From positions 320,001 to 384,000 of the forward strand of contig CAVTQK010000021.1 of the NCBI GenBank assembly GCA_963736855.1: DNA of 64,000 nucleotides. The letters run 5' to 3'. Under the pieces are notes generated by a model that was not told the DNA's origin, did no database searches, and saw only the letters and a list, made by a program, of their open reading frames with translations. Source of the DNA: an uncultured delta proteobacterium. Its GTDB lineage: Bacteria > Desulfobacterota > Desulfobacteria > Desulfobacterales > UBA2156. Shown in pieces: positions 34,983-45,528 of the stretch (positions within the stretch are counted from its first letter, which is position 1; each line of letters opens with the position of its first letter). The translations under genes were made by a program, and so were the position numbers.

Positions 34983-35954
34983 ATGAATCGAATTCAACGA
35001 TACGCCGCATTGGCTCGAATGGCGAATTACTTCTGGCGGAAAAAATCGATACTGCCCTATATGCCGATTCGTCTTTGGATCGAATCTACCAATTTGTGTA
35101 ATTTAAGATGCGTCATGTGCCTCAATAAATCAAAAGAAATCCAAAAAAAGGGATATATGGATTATCCTCTATTTAAAAAAATTATAGACGAGTCAAAAAC
35201 GTTTGTTCATAGCGTGAATCTGCATCATCGAGGCGAACCGCTGATGCATGAGGATCTGCCGAAAATGATCGAATACTGCAAGATGCATCGAATTTTCACC
35301 CAATTGCACACCAATGCAACGCTGCTGACCCGTCGAAAGTCGAAAGAGATCATCAGGTCCGGCCTTGATTTTCTTTCGTTTTCCATCGACGGATATGACA
35401 AGAAATCGTATGAACGGATTCGAGTCGGCGCGTGCTACGAACAGACGGTTGAAAATATCCGCGGTTTTTTGGAAATCAAAAAAAATCTAAAAAAAAAGAG
35501 ACCGCAGGTGGCCATCGAACTCATCGATTTTTTTGGTGAAAAAAAGTTACAAAACCACATGAGCCGCAATGCCTTCAAACGCATCGGCCCGGTCAGGTGG
35601 ATCATCAAAAAGCCGCATAACTGGGCCGGTGGGATAGGATCGGATCGGATCAGTGCGAATTCAAAACAGAAATCCGCATGTACGTTTCCATGGTATTCTC
35701 TTACGATTCTCTGGAACGGAACGGTTGTGACCTGCCCGCAGGATTTTTTTGGAGAAAATGTCGTTGGGGATGTATCCAGACAGAGCCTTAAGGTGATTTG
35801 GAATGGGGTGAAAATGATGGGTTATCGGGATCGTATGAGGGAAAACTTGTATTCCGATATCAGAACCTGCTCATCATGCGATCGTCTCAAACGCCGGCAT
35901 TTTCTAGGAATTCCCGGATCTCATTTGAAAGGGTTTTTCAAAGAAAATTTATAG
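34983..35954 (+). CDS. Radical SAM protein with SPASM/Twitch domain
   Basis: CNLRCVMC, GEPL, HTNA, FSIDG; C-terminal CTFPW...G.V..C..D...CSSC. Confidence 0.9.
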   Translation: MNRIQRYAALARMANYFWRKKSILPYMPIRLWIESTNLCNLRCVMCLNKSKEIQKKGYMDYPLFKKIIDESKTFVHSVNLHHRGEPLMHEDLPKMIEYCKMHRIFTQLHTNATLLTRRKSKEIIRSGLDFLSFSIDGYDKKSYERIRVGACYEQTVENIRGFLEIKKNLKKKRPQVAIELIDFFGEKKLQNHMSRNAFKRIGPVRWIIKKPHNWAGGIGSDRISANSKQKSACTFPWYSLTILWNGTVVTCPQDFFGENVVGDVSRQSLKVIWNGVKMMGYRDRMRENLYSDIRTCSSCDRLKRRHFLGIPGSHLKGFFKENL

Positions 35955-35965
35955 ACGGACATTTC

Positions 35966-36658
35966 ATGGCGCTTTTTCGACAAGGCCCGAAAACAAAAAT
36001 GCTCTATGGAGTGATTGCGTTTTCGGTCCTTTTTGTTGCCGGCTCCATATGGATATTAAAGGCAAAAAAAAGGGCTTATGTTGTAGTGTGTGCGGGGGAC
36101 AGCTTTACCGCAAGCGGATATCCGGAAAAACTGCAGAAAGAGTTTAATAGAACCGGGATGACGGCCATCGTTATCAACAGGGGTATCAATGGACATACTT
36201 CCGGAGAGTATTTAAATTTCATTAAGCGCAATGATATCTTTAAATTGGACAATCCGGATGCTGTTCTCTTGATGCTTGGGACAAACGACGTGAGGGTGGA
36301 TCGGGATTTCACAAAGACCGATGATTTTATTAAAAACATGGAGGAAATTATTTCACTTATCAAACGGTATCCGAACAACAAAGGAAAAACCCCGGATATT
36401 TTGATTTCGACAATCCTCCCGATTCCCGACAACCCGCCATCTACCTTCAATCAGCAATCGATTCAACGGGTAACAAATGAAATCAATCCGGCGATCGAAA
36501 CCATAGCCGAAAAGCATGCACTGATTCTGGTCGATAATTATCGGCTTTTTTCTGAACATATGAATCTTCTTTCAAATATCCATCCGACGCAAGAAGGGTA
36601 TGAACTCATGGCTGAAAACTGGTATCGTCATTTGGCAGGAGTATTCAAGGGGTTATAG
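35966..36658 (+). CDS. SGNH/GDSL hydrolase with N-terminal anchor
   Basis: AGDSFT, NRGINGHT, LGTND, IHPT..GY. Confidence 0.85.
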   Translation: MALFRQGPKTKMLYGVIAFSVLFVAGSIWILKAKKRAYVVVCAGDSFTASGYPEKLQKEFNRTGMTAIVINRGINGHTSGEYLNFIKRNDIFKLDNPDAVLLMLGTNDVRVDRDFTKTDDFIKNMEEIISLIKRYPNNKGKTPDILISTILPIPDNPPSTFNQQSIQRVTNEINPAIETIAEKHALILVDNYRLFSEHMNLLSNIHPTQEGYELMAENWYRHLAGVFKGL

Positions 36659-36741
36659 GAAATTCGATTTTCCAATATTAATTGAACGAGCGTTGAGTTA
36701 ATAGCGCGAGAGAGATCCTTCTAGAGAAACGGCGGCATTCA

Positions 36742-37713
36742 ATGAAATCAAACGTAAGAGGTAAGATGGCAAAAACAGGATGTGGCGTTGTTCTGATAGC
36801 CCTGTCTTGTCTATGTATTTTAAATTTTCAAATGAGTGGATTGGAAGTCTGGGGAGAACCCGGAAAAGAACCGATGCATGAGACGGAAAAACGCGACGCT
36901 TTTTCGGGTCTTCCAGGAAAAATCGTTTTTCAATCCAACAGGGATGGCGATGAAGAAATTTACACCATGAATCCGAAAGGAGAAGAGCTCGTTCAGCTGA
37001 CCTCAAATAAGGCATCTGACGGTTACCCGGTATGGTCTTGGGACGGAACCAGAATTGCTTTTGAGTCCAACCGGGACGGGTCTTTTCAGATTTATACGAT
37101 GGACAAGGAAGGAAAAAACCAGGTGAAAATCACCGGCGGTCCTTTTGAAAACCGATATCCCGCCTGGTCTCCGGATGGAAAAGCCATCGCCTATCAGTCA
37201 AAACGTAAAGGTAGAGAACAAATTTTTGTCATGGAACTTGAACATAAAAAGGAAAAAGCCTTAACCGATGCATGGTTTAAATGCGGTTTGCCGAATTGGT
37301 CTCCGGACGGAAAAACGATTGCCTTCACGGCCAATAAGCTTTTGGGATGGGGTGTGTATATCATGCAAAAAGACGGCTCGAATATTGTTGCGCTCGATAC
37401 GGAAGGGGGGAGTTGCAGGCCGAAATGGAGCAAGGACGGAACAATGATCGCATACGTATCACAAAAGGCGGATAAGAAAGGGGATATCTGGATCATGGGA
37501 CGGGGCGGTTCAGGAAAAAAAAGGCTTACCACCGATTCCGATAACTTTGATTATTATCCCTCATGGTCTTCGGACGGCAACTGGATTGTATATGCCAATA
37601 CTTCTCACAAAGAAAAAGGGAATTGGGAAATTCGTATCATCAATGTTGCAAGCGGTGAATCACGACAGATAACGAACCATCCTGCACAGGATGTTTATCC
37701 GGATTGGCGTTAG
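36742..37713 (+). CDS. Exported TolB-like (PD40 repeat) beta-propeller protein
   Basis: Signal-like N-terminus; repeated P.WS.DG..IA(F/Y).S units. Confidence 0.85.
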   Translation: MKSNVRGKMAKTGCGVVLIALSCLCILNFQMSGLEVWGEPGKEPMHETEKRDAFSGLPGKIVFQSNRDGDEEIYTMNPKGEELVQLTSNKASDGYPVWSWDGTRIAFESNRDGSFQIYTMDKEGKNQVKITGGPFENRYPAWSPDGKAIAYQSKRKGREQIFVMELEHKKEKALTDAWFKCGLPNWSPDGKTIAFTANKLLGWGVYIMQKDGSNIVALDTEGGSCRPKWSKDGTMIAYVSQKADKKGDIWIMGRGGSGKKRLTTDSDNFDYYPSWSSDGNWIVYANTSHKEKGNWEIRIINVASGESRQITNHPAQDVYPDWR

Positions 37714-37714
37714 C

Positions 37715-38740
37715 GTGGTTCAAACGAACAGGCGATTCGTCTATTTCGGATCAAGTGTTTTGATTTCGCTGCTGCTGGGAGGCTATCTTCTCTCTCAAAT
37801 CGACATCAAGGCTCTATCAACGACCTTCAGGAACCTGTACATTCCTTCGCTTTTGAGTTATTTATTCATGGCATCCTTTGGTGTTGTTTTTCGAACCTAT
37901 CGATATCATCTGTTGATTTCTTCGAATAAAATTCGATTTTATCATCTGATGCTGGTTACCCTGATAAGAAATTTATTTGTCGATCTTCTTCCCGCAAAAC
38001 TAGGCTCTCTTTCGTATGTATATCTCATTAACAGGCGATTCGGTTTTCCTTTTGAGATTGCGGCATCATCATTTTTGCTCGCGTTTATTTTTGATTTGAT
38101 CGTCCTTTTCCCGATATTTTTTATCGCGATTGCGATTGTCAGGAATGATTCGACGATATTTTTATCCGCCTTTTTCATCATCTTTCTGGTTTGTATATTT
38201 CTGCTATTGATGACCGTTCTATTATCGCTGCCCCGGATCATACGATTTGCGGCGAAACGTATCGATAACTTTTTTCACGTTCGGAATCGAAACCAATTAA
38301 AAATCAAACTCATGACGGAAAAAATTGAATTAATCGCCGCTGATATCGAAGTTTTGCAAACTCAGAGAGGAAAATACGTCAAAGTCGTTATCAGCTCGGT
38401 TTTCGTGAGAATTTGCAAATACGGGTCCCTATACTTTTTATTGCACAGCGTTTTAGCACATCTCAATTACTCTTTTGCCGATTTAAATTTTTGGAAAGTG
38501 TTTATCGGCATTTTGGGCGCCGAATTCTCTGCCCTTTTGCCGTTGCAGGGAATTGCGGGCATCGGGACGTGGGAATCCGCCTGGACATTGACTTTTAATC
38601 TGCTCGGACATCTGGATTCTCAAATTGCCATTGTATCCGGATTCAGCGTTCACTTGATTACACAACTCTTTGAATATTCTCTTGGAATCATCAGCATCAT
38701 CGTATTGTATTTACCGTTAAATAAAGGAGTAAACGCTTGA
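37715..38740 (+). CDS. Lysylphosphatidylglycerol-synthase TM-domain (flippase-like) protein
   Basis: FRTYRY, LLPAKLG, P.QGIAGIGTWE; polytopic. Confidence 0.8.
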   Translation: MVQTNRRFVYFGSSVLISLLLGGYLLSQIDIKALSTTFRNLYIPSLLSYLFMASFGVVFRTYRYHLLISSNKIRFYHLMLVTLIRNLFVDLLPAKLGSLSYVYLINRRFGFPFEIAASSFLLAFIFDLIVLFPIFFIAIAIVRNDSTIFLSAFFIIFLVCIFLLLMTVLLSLPRIIRFAAKRIDNFFHVRNRNQLKIKLMTEKIELIAADIEVLQTQRGKYVKVVISSVFVRICKYGSLYFLLHSVLAHLNYSFADLNFWKVFIGILGAEFSALLPLQGIAGIGTWESAWTLTFNLLGHLDSQIAIVSGFSVHLITQLFEYSLGIISIIVLYLPLNKGVNA

Positions 38741-39576
38741 ATTCTCGGACGCTTGAATTCTCAACCCCTCTCTTCAAGCCATGGCAGCTTCAAGTTTTTG
38801 AAAGCTCTTTTAAAAAAAAGGAGAAGGTTCACGCGATCCTTGATTTTATCGAAAATACCAAAGATAAAAGGTGCCTTGAGATTGGATGCGAAAAAGGAAT
38901 AACAGGCTATTTTTTAAGAAAAATGGGTGGATTTTGGGTGAGCACCGATATCGATCGGAAAAACGTGTTCGTTACGAAAGAACTTATCAAAGAAAATATC
39001 GTATATTTTAAGGAAGATGCATTTCCCTTTTCAACGGGTTCGTTTGATTTAATCATCGCCGTTGATACGCTGGAACACATCGAAGACGACATGGCGTTTT
39101 TACGGGACCTGCATCGAATCCTTGCAAAAGACGGAATTCTATACATCTCGGTCCCGAGCAGCTATAACTCCTTAATATTGAACAAAGTTGCTCAAAAATG
39201 CGGTATGACCCTAGACTATTACGGACATAAACGGGAAGGATACTCCGTCGAAAATCTTGAAGATATGTTGGCAAGTGCCAGGTTTCAGATGACGAGATTT
39301 CGCTATTTTTCGAGGTTTTTTACAGAAGGCATCGAATTGCTGCTCAACTTTGGTTACATATTTTTATTAAATAAAGGGAAAAAATCAAAAGGAATCAAAG
39401 GGAGCATATCACCGTCCAGCGGTGAGGAATTTAAGAGACACTCATCCGCGTTTTCTTTTTATAAAAAAATATATCCGATTTTGAGGGTCATCAGCCGAAT
39501 CGATGCGTTTTTATCATCGACACGGGGATATGCTTTTATTTTAGAAGGAAAAAAAATGAATGAGAGTAAAGGATAG
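38737..39576 (+). CDS. Class I SAM-dependent methyltransferase
   Basis: CLEIGCEKG, FDLIIAVDTLEHI, GHKREGY. Confidence 0.85.
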   Translation: MNSRTLEFSTPLFKPWQLQVFESSFKKKEKVHAILDFIENTKDKRCLEIGCEKGITGYFLRKMGGFWVSTDIDRKNVFVTKELIKENIVYFKEDAFPFSTGSFDLIIAVDTLEHIEDDMAFLRDLHRILAKDGILYISVPSSYNSLILNKVAQKCGMTLDYYGHKREGYSVENLEDMLASARFQMTRFRYFSRFFTEGIELLLNFGYIFLLNKGKKSKGIKGSISPSSGEEFKRHSSAFSFYKKIYPILRVISRIDAFLSSTRGYAFILEGKKMNESKG

Positions 39577-40558
39577 ATGATCCTCCTCACAGGCGCTACC
39601 GGGTTTATCGGAAGATCCCTTTGCAGTGAACTGGTCCGTAGGGGGCATAAGCTGCGGATACTGGTGAGAGATCCAAAGGCATATAATGAAGTCGAAAGGC
39701 CTGATTCGGTCCAGGTAGTCTACCGGCGATATTACCGATCTTTCATCCATTGAGTCCTTTATGGATGGAGCAAGGATTGTGTTTCATCTGGCTTCCATCA
39801 TCAACGCTCCAAGAGAACAGTATGATATCTACTGGAAAAATAATGTGTTCGGCACCTTCAATTTGCTCAAGGCGGCGCAAAAAGCAAAGCTGAAAAGGTT
39901 TGTATATTGCAGCAGTGTGGGCGTCATGGGGCATTTGAGAGAGGTCCCCGCAAATGAAGAAACGCCGTGCCATCCTGACAATCATTATGGAAAGTCAAAG
40001 TATGAGGCGGAAAACCTGGTCCGATCATTTGGTGCCAAGCATGGTATTCCGATATCGATCATCAGACCAAGCTGGACATACGGACCCAACGACAGACGGA
40101 CGTTAAAGTTGTTTTCGGCCGTTAAAAAAAGAAGATTTGTCATCATCGGAGACGGCCGAACGTTGGTTCATCCGGTGCATGTTACCGATGTGGTTCAGGG
40201 GATTCTCTGCTCCGCTTTTATGCAACAAAGCGTGAACGGAACATATATCATTGCGGGAAATGAAACCGTAACGCTTCGAAAATTGATGGATACCATTGCG
40301 GCACAATTAAACGTGAGGATCCCCAATTTTAGGTTACCGGTCTTGATTGCCGGAATTGCGGCGTTTTTCTTTGAAAAGCTTTATCTGCCTTTCGGAAAAA
40401 CCCCACCGATTTCGAAAAGACGTCTCGAATTTTTCTTAAAAGACCAGTCCTTTGAAATCACAAAAGCGATGAAAGAAATGGGTTATCGACCCAAAAAGAA
40501 CCTCAAAGAAGGGATGCGGGAAACCATCGAGTGGTATCATCGAAAGAACCTGATATGA
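39577..40558 (+). CDS. NAD-dependent epimerase/dehydratase (extended SDR); frameshift at ~39723
   Basis: ATG 39577 gives MILLTGATGFIG. Removing one C restores YGDITDLSSIESFMDG. FHLA, CSSVGV, YGKSK. Confidence 0.88.
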
Positions 40559-41328
40559 AACAACGTGCTGCTGAAGAATGGAAACAAACGGAACTTCGAA
40601 GTCGGATTGTGAATCCGTCAGTTTCGCCATTTAAAAAGTATCAGTCATTTGTTTTAGGGGATGATCGACTTTCATTTCTGATAAAATTTGAAATCATTAC
40701 TTCTATTTTCGGATCGATTCCAGGAGCGGCTGGTTTGGCATTGCGAAAATATTTCTACCCACTGTTGTTTCAAAGAATCGGAAGCAATGTCATTTTTGGA
40801 AGAGATATCACCATCCGGCATCCTAAAAAAATTGTTATCGGAAGCAATGTGGTCATAGATGATCATTGCGTCATCGATGCCAAGGGAGAAAACAATACCG
40901 GAATCATTATCGGCGATAACGTATTTATCAGCCGTAATACCATCATCAGCTGCAAGGAAGGGGATATTCGAATCGGCAATGACGCGAATATCGGGACCAA
41001 CTGTTTGATACACTCCGAAACATCCCTTACGATCGGAAATTATGCCTTGATCGCGGCATACTGTTATATCGTTGCAGGAGGAAGTCATCACTTCGACAAT
41101 ACCGAAGTCCCCATTATTTTACAGCCTTCGATTTCAAAAGGAGGTGTCGTCATCAAAGACGATGTTTGGCTCGGCGCGGGAGTCAAGGTTTTGGACGGCT
41201 CATCGATCGATCAGGGGGTGATTGTCGGTGCGGGTGCCGTTGTCAACGGTAATATTCCCCCATATTCGGTTGCTGCCGGGATACCCGCCAAAGTAATTAA
41301 AAAAAGACGAATTTCTGAAAATGATTAG
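40555..41328 (+). CDS. Hexapeptide-repeat (left-handed beta-helix) acyltransferase
   Basis: IG.NV.I repeats; DDVWLGAG, GAGAVV, AAGIPAKVIK. Confidence 0.9.
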   Translation: MKQRAAEEWKQTELRSRIVNPSVSPFKKYQSFVLGDDRLSFLIKFEIITSIFGSIPGAAGLALRKYFYPLLFQRIGSNVIFGRDITIRHPKKIVIGSNVVIDDHCVIDAKGENNTGIIIGDNVFISRNTIISCKEGDIRIGNDANIGTNCLIHSETSLTIGNYALIAAYCYIVAGGSHHFDNTEVPIILQPSISKGGVVIKDDVWLGAGVKVLDGSSIDQGVIVGAGAVVNGNIPPYSVAAGIPAKVIKKRRISEND

Positions 41329-42253
41329 AAAAAATATCCTGGTGATCCTGAAGACGCTTATCAGCATCGGACTGATCCTATATGCATTCCGTTCGACGGA
41401 TATCCGTGCCATATGGGATGCGGTAAGGTCGGCCGATCTTTTCCTTCTGATTTTAGCTTTTGGATTGATCGCGGTGGGATTTTATATCAGCGCTCTGCGA
41501 TGGCAAATCCTGTTGAAGGCACAGCATGTGGTTGTTTCCATCAAGGAGCTGACCAAATCCTACCTTGTAGGGGCATTTTTCAATAACTTCATGCCGACCA
41601 CCATCGGAGGAGACATTATACGAACCTATGACATATCGAAAATTTCCCGTTCGGCAGCCCAGTCCTTCACCGTCATTATCGTCGAGCGGCTTACCGGTGT
41701 GTTTGCATTGATCGTTTATTCATTCATCGGTTTGTTTTTGGGCTTTTCCAGATTCGGCAATATCCCCATGGTTTGGTTTTTCGGAGGCATTTTTCTGGTT
41801 ATCCTGATGGTGATGATCCTTATTGCCCGAAAACAGCATGGAAAAGAAATCGCGACGGAAAACCCCACTTTCTTTGAAAAAATGAATCTGAAGTTTATTC
41901 GAATGGTCGATACGCTCTATACTTATAAAGAAAATAAGTGGAGTCTTGTTCAGGCATTGATTTTGGCTTTTTTATTGCAATTCAATGTCATCTTTTACTT
42001 CTTCATCATCTCCTATGCCCTGGATATCCGTTCCTCATTTTATTATTTCATGATCATCATTCCGCTGGTTCACGTCATTCTGATGTTTCCGGTTTCAATC
42101 AACGGTATCGGGGTCAGGGAAAATGCGTTCATTTTTTTTTTAACGCAGATCGGGGTCAGTCCGGCCAGTTCAATTGCCTTGTCGCTGTTATCATTCGCCA
42201 TGGTTTTGGTATATGCCTGCATCGGAGGTATCGTTTATGCGGTCAGACGTTAG
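41321..42253 (+). CDS. Lysylphosphatidylglycerol-synthase TM-domain (flippase-like) protein
   Basis: RWQILL, FNNFMPTTIGGD, VERL, PVSINGIGVRE. Confidence 0.88.
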   Translation: MIRKNILVILKTLISIGLILYAFRSTDIRAIWDAVRSADLFLLILAFGLIAVGFYISALRWQILLKAQHVVVSIKELTKSYLVGAFFNNFMPTTIGGDIIRTYDISKISRSAAQSFTVIIVERLTGVFALIVYSFIGLFLGFSRFGNIPMVWFFGGIFLVILMVMILIARKQHGKEIATENPTFFEKMNLKFIRMVDTLYTYKENKWSLVQALILAFLLQFNVIFYFFIISYALDIRSSFYYFMIIIPLVHVILMFPVSINGIGVRENAFIFFLTQIGVSPASSIALSLLSFAMVLVYACIGGIVYAVRR

Positions 42254-42317
42254 CGGGATTTTCAAATTTCATTTTTAGATATAGGTCAACATTAAATTGC
42301 TTTAAACGAGTATTTAA

Positions 42318-43130
42318 ATGATGAGAAAAATAGTTTCTTGTTATGTGGTGGTCTGCTATTTAACCTTTTTTACGTTCTGGTTTTCCGGATGCCAAAAAAA
42401 GCCGGGCCAAACGATTTTAAATACTCCGCATAAAGTCGTGGACAGCTTTGGAAGCGAACGCGAGTACCGGCTATTTCTTCCCGCCGTTCGTAAAGAATTC
42501 CATGTTCCTCTCCTGGTCTATTTTCACGGTGTCCGTTCAGAATGCTTCAAACAGTTCCCAGGACTTCGGAATTACACCGGGAGCCCGGTGGAGGAAACCG
42601 GTCTGATAGAATTTTGCAAGAACAATAACATCGCTCTCCTTGTGCCTGAACCGGCTTATGAATATAAATTTCACAATTGCATGTGCAAGGGATGGTCTCC
42701 CTTCGACAAAGAGCTGGACGGCGTGGAAAAACTGATCGACCTCGTCATCGAGAAGTACCCCATATCGGAAAAGCGGATATTTTTAGCAGGATTATCGGCA
42801 GGCGCCGGCTTTTGCTTTCACCTCGCCAACCGAAGGCCGGACCGTTACAATTCGATTTTGTCGCATGGCCAGGGATCTATTTATGAGGATCTGAGGTATT
42901 TAATGCCATCACAGCCCGGACCGAAATTCGGAGTTTTACTGGCATATACAAAAGGGGATTATAAGAATTTGATAGAGATCTGCCTGAAAACGGAAAAAAT
43001 TTATCAGGAAGCCAATTATAAAGTAATGCTGTTAAAGGATCTTCCTCCTGAAAACCACCGATGGTCTGAAACCAGCAATGACCTTTTTTGGAAATATCTG
43101 AATGAATTGGGGCAATATACGGGGAAATGA
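42318..43130 (+). CDS. Alpha/beta-hydrolase (esterase), probable lipoprotein
   Basis: FSGC lipobox-like; PLLVYFHG; GLSAG nucleophile elbow; C-terminal H.W. Confidence 0.7.
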   Translation: MMRKIVSCYVVVCYLTFFTFWFSGCQKKPGQTILNTPHKVVDSFGSEREYRLFLPAVRKEFHVPLLVYFHGVRSECFKQFPGLRNYTGSPVEETGLIEFCKNNNIALLVPEPAYEYKFHNCMCKGWSPFDKELDGVEKLIDLVIEKYPISEKRIFLAGLSAGAGFCFHLANRRPDRYNSILSHGQGSIYEDLRYLMPSQPGPKFGVLLAYTKGDYKNLIEICLKTEKIYQEANYKVMLLKDLPPENHRWSETSNDLFWKYLNELGQYTGK

Positions 43131-43146
43131 TATTTTCTGCATCCCG

Positions 43147-44862
43147 ATGAAAAATAGCAGCCGTCAAATAAGCTATCTGTTCCTGTGGAAACAGTACTGG
43201 TTTGTTGCACCTGTTTTTCTGATTATCATATCGATCCGTCTCTTTTATCTTGGAGCGGATCCCCCAGTTTATCTGGAATCAAGCGGCGGATTGTTCGGTG
43301 ATGAAGCAGCCCTGGCATTCAATGCAAGGAACAAAATTCTTTTCGGTCATTGGATTACGGATGAGTTCAATCCAATCATATACAACCCGATTTTGACTGT
43401 TTTGGAGTATCTGTCGTTTTGCGTTTTCGGTGTCGGGTTAATTCAACTCCGTCTTGTGAATGTGGTATCCGCTATCATGAGCTTTCTGTTGTTATTTGCC
43501 GTTTTAAAAAAAAACAACGGAATTCGGATCGCGTCGCTATCCCTTGTCCTTCTTGGATTTAATTATATTTTTATTATGTATAACCGCCTCGGCTTAAACG
43601 ATACGTTTATTGCTCTTCCGATGACGGCAACTCTTTTCTTCTGGCATAAAGGATTAGAAAAGAAAAGATTTCTTTTCATTGCAGGGATTACATCCTTTGC
43701 CTGCTATGTTACCAAAGCTTCCTCCTTGTACTTTATTCTGGCTGTTTTTGCCTCCCTCGCTTTTTCGGAATTTTTGCATTACCGAAACGATAAGAAGGCT
43801 AAAAACATATTTTATGCGCTTGCGTTTTATATGGCAGGCTGGGCCCTGTCTTATGCATTTTGGTATGTGCTTTTTTACATGCCCTTTAAAACCGAATTTG
43901 CCAATGTCGGCGAAAATTGGGCTCGACTTGCCTGGCCGTCAAATTTGGGAAGGATCTGGAAGAACCTGAATGCGTTTACTTTTGCCAAATACATGGCGAA
44001 CACACCCGTGGAACTCTCAGTCGTCTGGATATATGTGCCGGTTTTCATCTACCGGTTATTCAAACACTGGAAAGGATTTGACCCGCTGGAGCTTTTGTTT
44101 TTCTTATGGCTAATCGGCGGGTATATCGCATTGAACGCATTAAATTACAAACCGCTTCGATACTTTGTGCCGATCATCATCCCGATGTGCGTATTAACGT
44201 CCTTTGCCCTGAGCCGATTTTGGAATCTCGTGAAGAAAAAGGAATTCAACTTCACTGTTAGATCGGTTTTTTGGGTCATTTTTTTCTTTGCGTCATATAT
44301 CTTGTGGGTTTCTCTATTTTTTAGAAAATGTATCGGATTTCATACGTTTCTTAAAACATGTTATCCCATTATCGGTATGACGCTTCTCATAGCACTTATT
44401 TTTTTCATTTTTGAAGCGCTGAGGCGCAATGGGGAGCGGATAGGCTGGAGCATGGCGGTTCAACGATGTGCTCAATCCGCCATCATCGCTGCTGTCATGT
44501 TCAGTGTATATATCAACGGGGCATATTACATGCGATGGTTCAATGATCCGAAATATACAGTGATCGAAAGTTCACGGGAGCTTGGGGGGATGCTGAATCA
44601 TGCGTATATCGCCGGTTTATGGTCGCCTTTAGCGACCATAGAAAACCGACACCGTTGCCTGTATCTGGGGAACAATTGGTTCAATTACCAGAACACATTC
44701 GAGCGATTTCCGATAACGCATTTATTCCTATGGGATGGAAATAACAAAGAAGAGTTGCGTTTTCTTCAACGCGCCTATCCGGAAATCATGGAAAAAGCAA
44801 GCCTCATCAAAACGTATTCCATCAAGGCGCTGCCGGTTAGATTATTTCAAATCAACCGCTAA
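43147..44862 (+). CDS. GT39/ArnT-like membrane glycosyltransferase (GT-C)
   Basis: First loop contains GDEAA..NARN; FGVGLIQLR, YNRLGLND, TK, PLRY; many TM segments. Confidence 0.8.
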   Translation: MKNSSRQISYLFLWKQYWFVAPVFLIIISIRLFYLGADPPVYLESSGGLFGDEAALAFNARNKILFGHWITDEFNPIIYNPILTVLEYLSFCVFGVGLIQLRLVNVVSAIMSFLLLFAVLKKNNGIRIASLSLVLLGFNYIFIMYNRLGLNDTFIALPMTATLFFWHKGLEKKRFLFIAGITSFACYVTKASSLYFILAVFASLAFSEFLHYRNDKKAKNIFYALAFYMAGWALSYAFWYVLFYMPFKTEFANVGENWARLAWPSNLGRIWKNLNAFTFAKYMANTPVELSVVWIYVPVFIYRLFKHWKGFDPLELLFFLWLIGGYIALNALNYKPLRYFVPIIIPMCVLTSFALSRFWNLVKKKEFNFTVRSVFWVIFFFASYILWVSLFFRKCIGFHTFLKTCYPIIGMTLLIALIFFIFEALRRNGERIGWSMAVQRCAQSAIIAAVMFSVYINGAYYMRWFNDPKYTVIESSRELGGMLNHAYIAGLWSPLATIENRHRCLYLGNNWFNYQNTFERFPITHLFLWDGNNKEELRFLQRAYPEIMEKASLIKTYSIKALPVRLFQINR

Positions 44863-44880
44863 CTGGACTGATAGCAACAA

Positions 44881-45528
44881 ATGCTGCTGCCGAAACGAAA
44901 GAATATTCATCATACGGAAATCGCCGATCCCTTAAAGTTTTATTATCTTCCGTTTTCCAGAGGATTTTATGTCGGACGACTTGCGATGATTTCTTCCATG
45001 TTGGGAACGAATCGTTATGAAGCCTTGCTGGACATCGGATGCGGATCCGGGATATTTTTAAAAGAGCTTGAAACCAAATGCAGACATTTATATGGTATTG
45101 ATATTCATGGAAAAATGCACCATGTCAAAGACATGGCAGCCAGGGAGCGCATTCGGGCGCATCTTTGTGATGGCTCCATAACGCACCTGCCTTTTGTTTC
45201 AAATAGTTTTGATTGTATCGTTTCGGTGAGCGTTATCGAACATGTTCGAGATTTGGATGGCGCATTTGATGAGATTCAACGAGTTGCAAAAAAAAATGCA
45301 ACCATCGTTATGGGTTTTCCGGTAAAAAATCTTTTCACGGATATGATATTGAAACTTGCTTACCTGCTATTGCCCGATGCAAAACTTGAAGACGAACACG
45401 TTTCGGATCAGAACGGGATCATCCGCGCCGCCAAGAGGCGGTTCGGGAGTATCGAGATCATTCACTCTCCTTTTTTTCTTCCCTTGCCTCTTTCATTTTA
45501 TTGTATCCTAAAAATCAAAAATTCCTAA
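44881..45528 (+). CDS. Class I SAM-dependent methyltransferase
   Basis: LLDIGCGSG, GID, FDCIVSVSVIEHV. Confidence 0.88.
   Translation: MLLPKRKNIHHTEIADPLKFYYLPFSRGFYVGRLAMISSMLGTNRYEALLDIGCGSGIFLKELETKCRHLYGIDIHGKMHHVKDMAARERIRAHLCDGSITHLPFVSNSFDCIVSVSVIEHVRDLDGAFDEIQRVAKKNATIVMGFPVKNLFTDMILKLAYLLLPDAKLEDEHVSDQNGIIRAAKRRFGSIEIIHSPFFLPLPLSFYCILKIKNS

Noticed and set aside
31962..35954. Radical SAM/SPASM genes as a RiPP cluster
   Set aside because: No precursor peptide, RRE domain, peptidase or peptide transporter is visible, and the neighbours are sugar enzymes.
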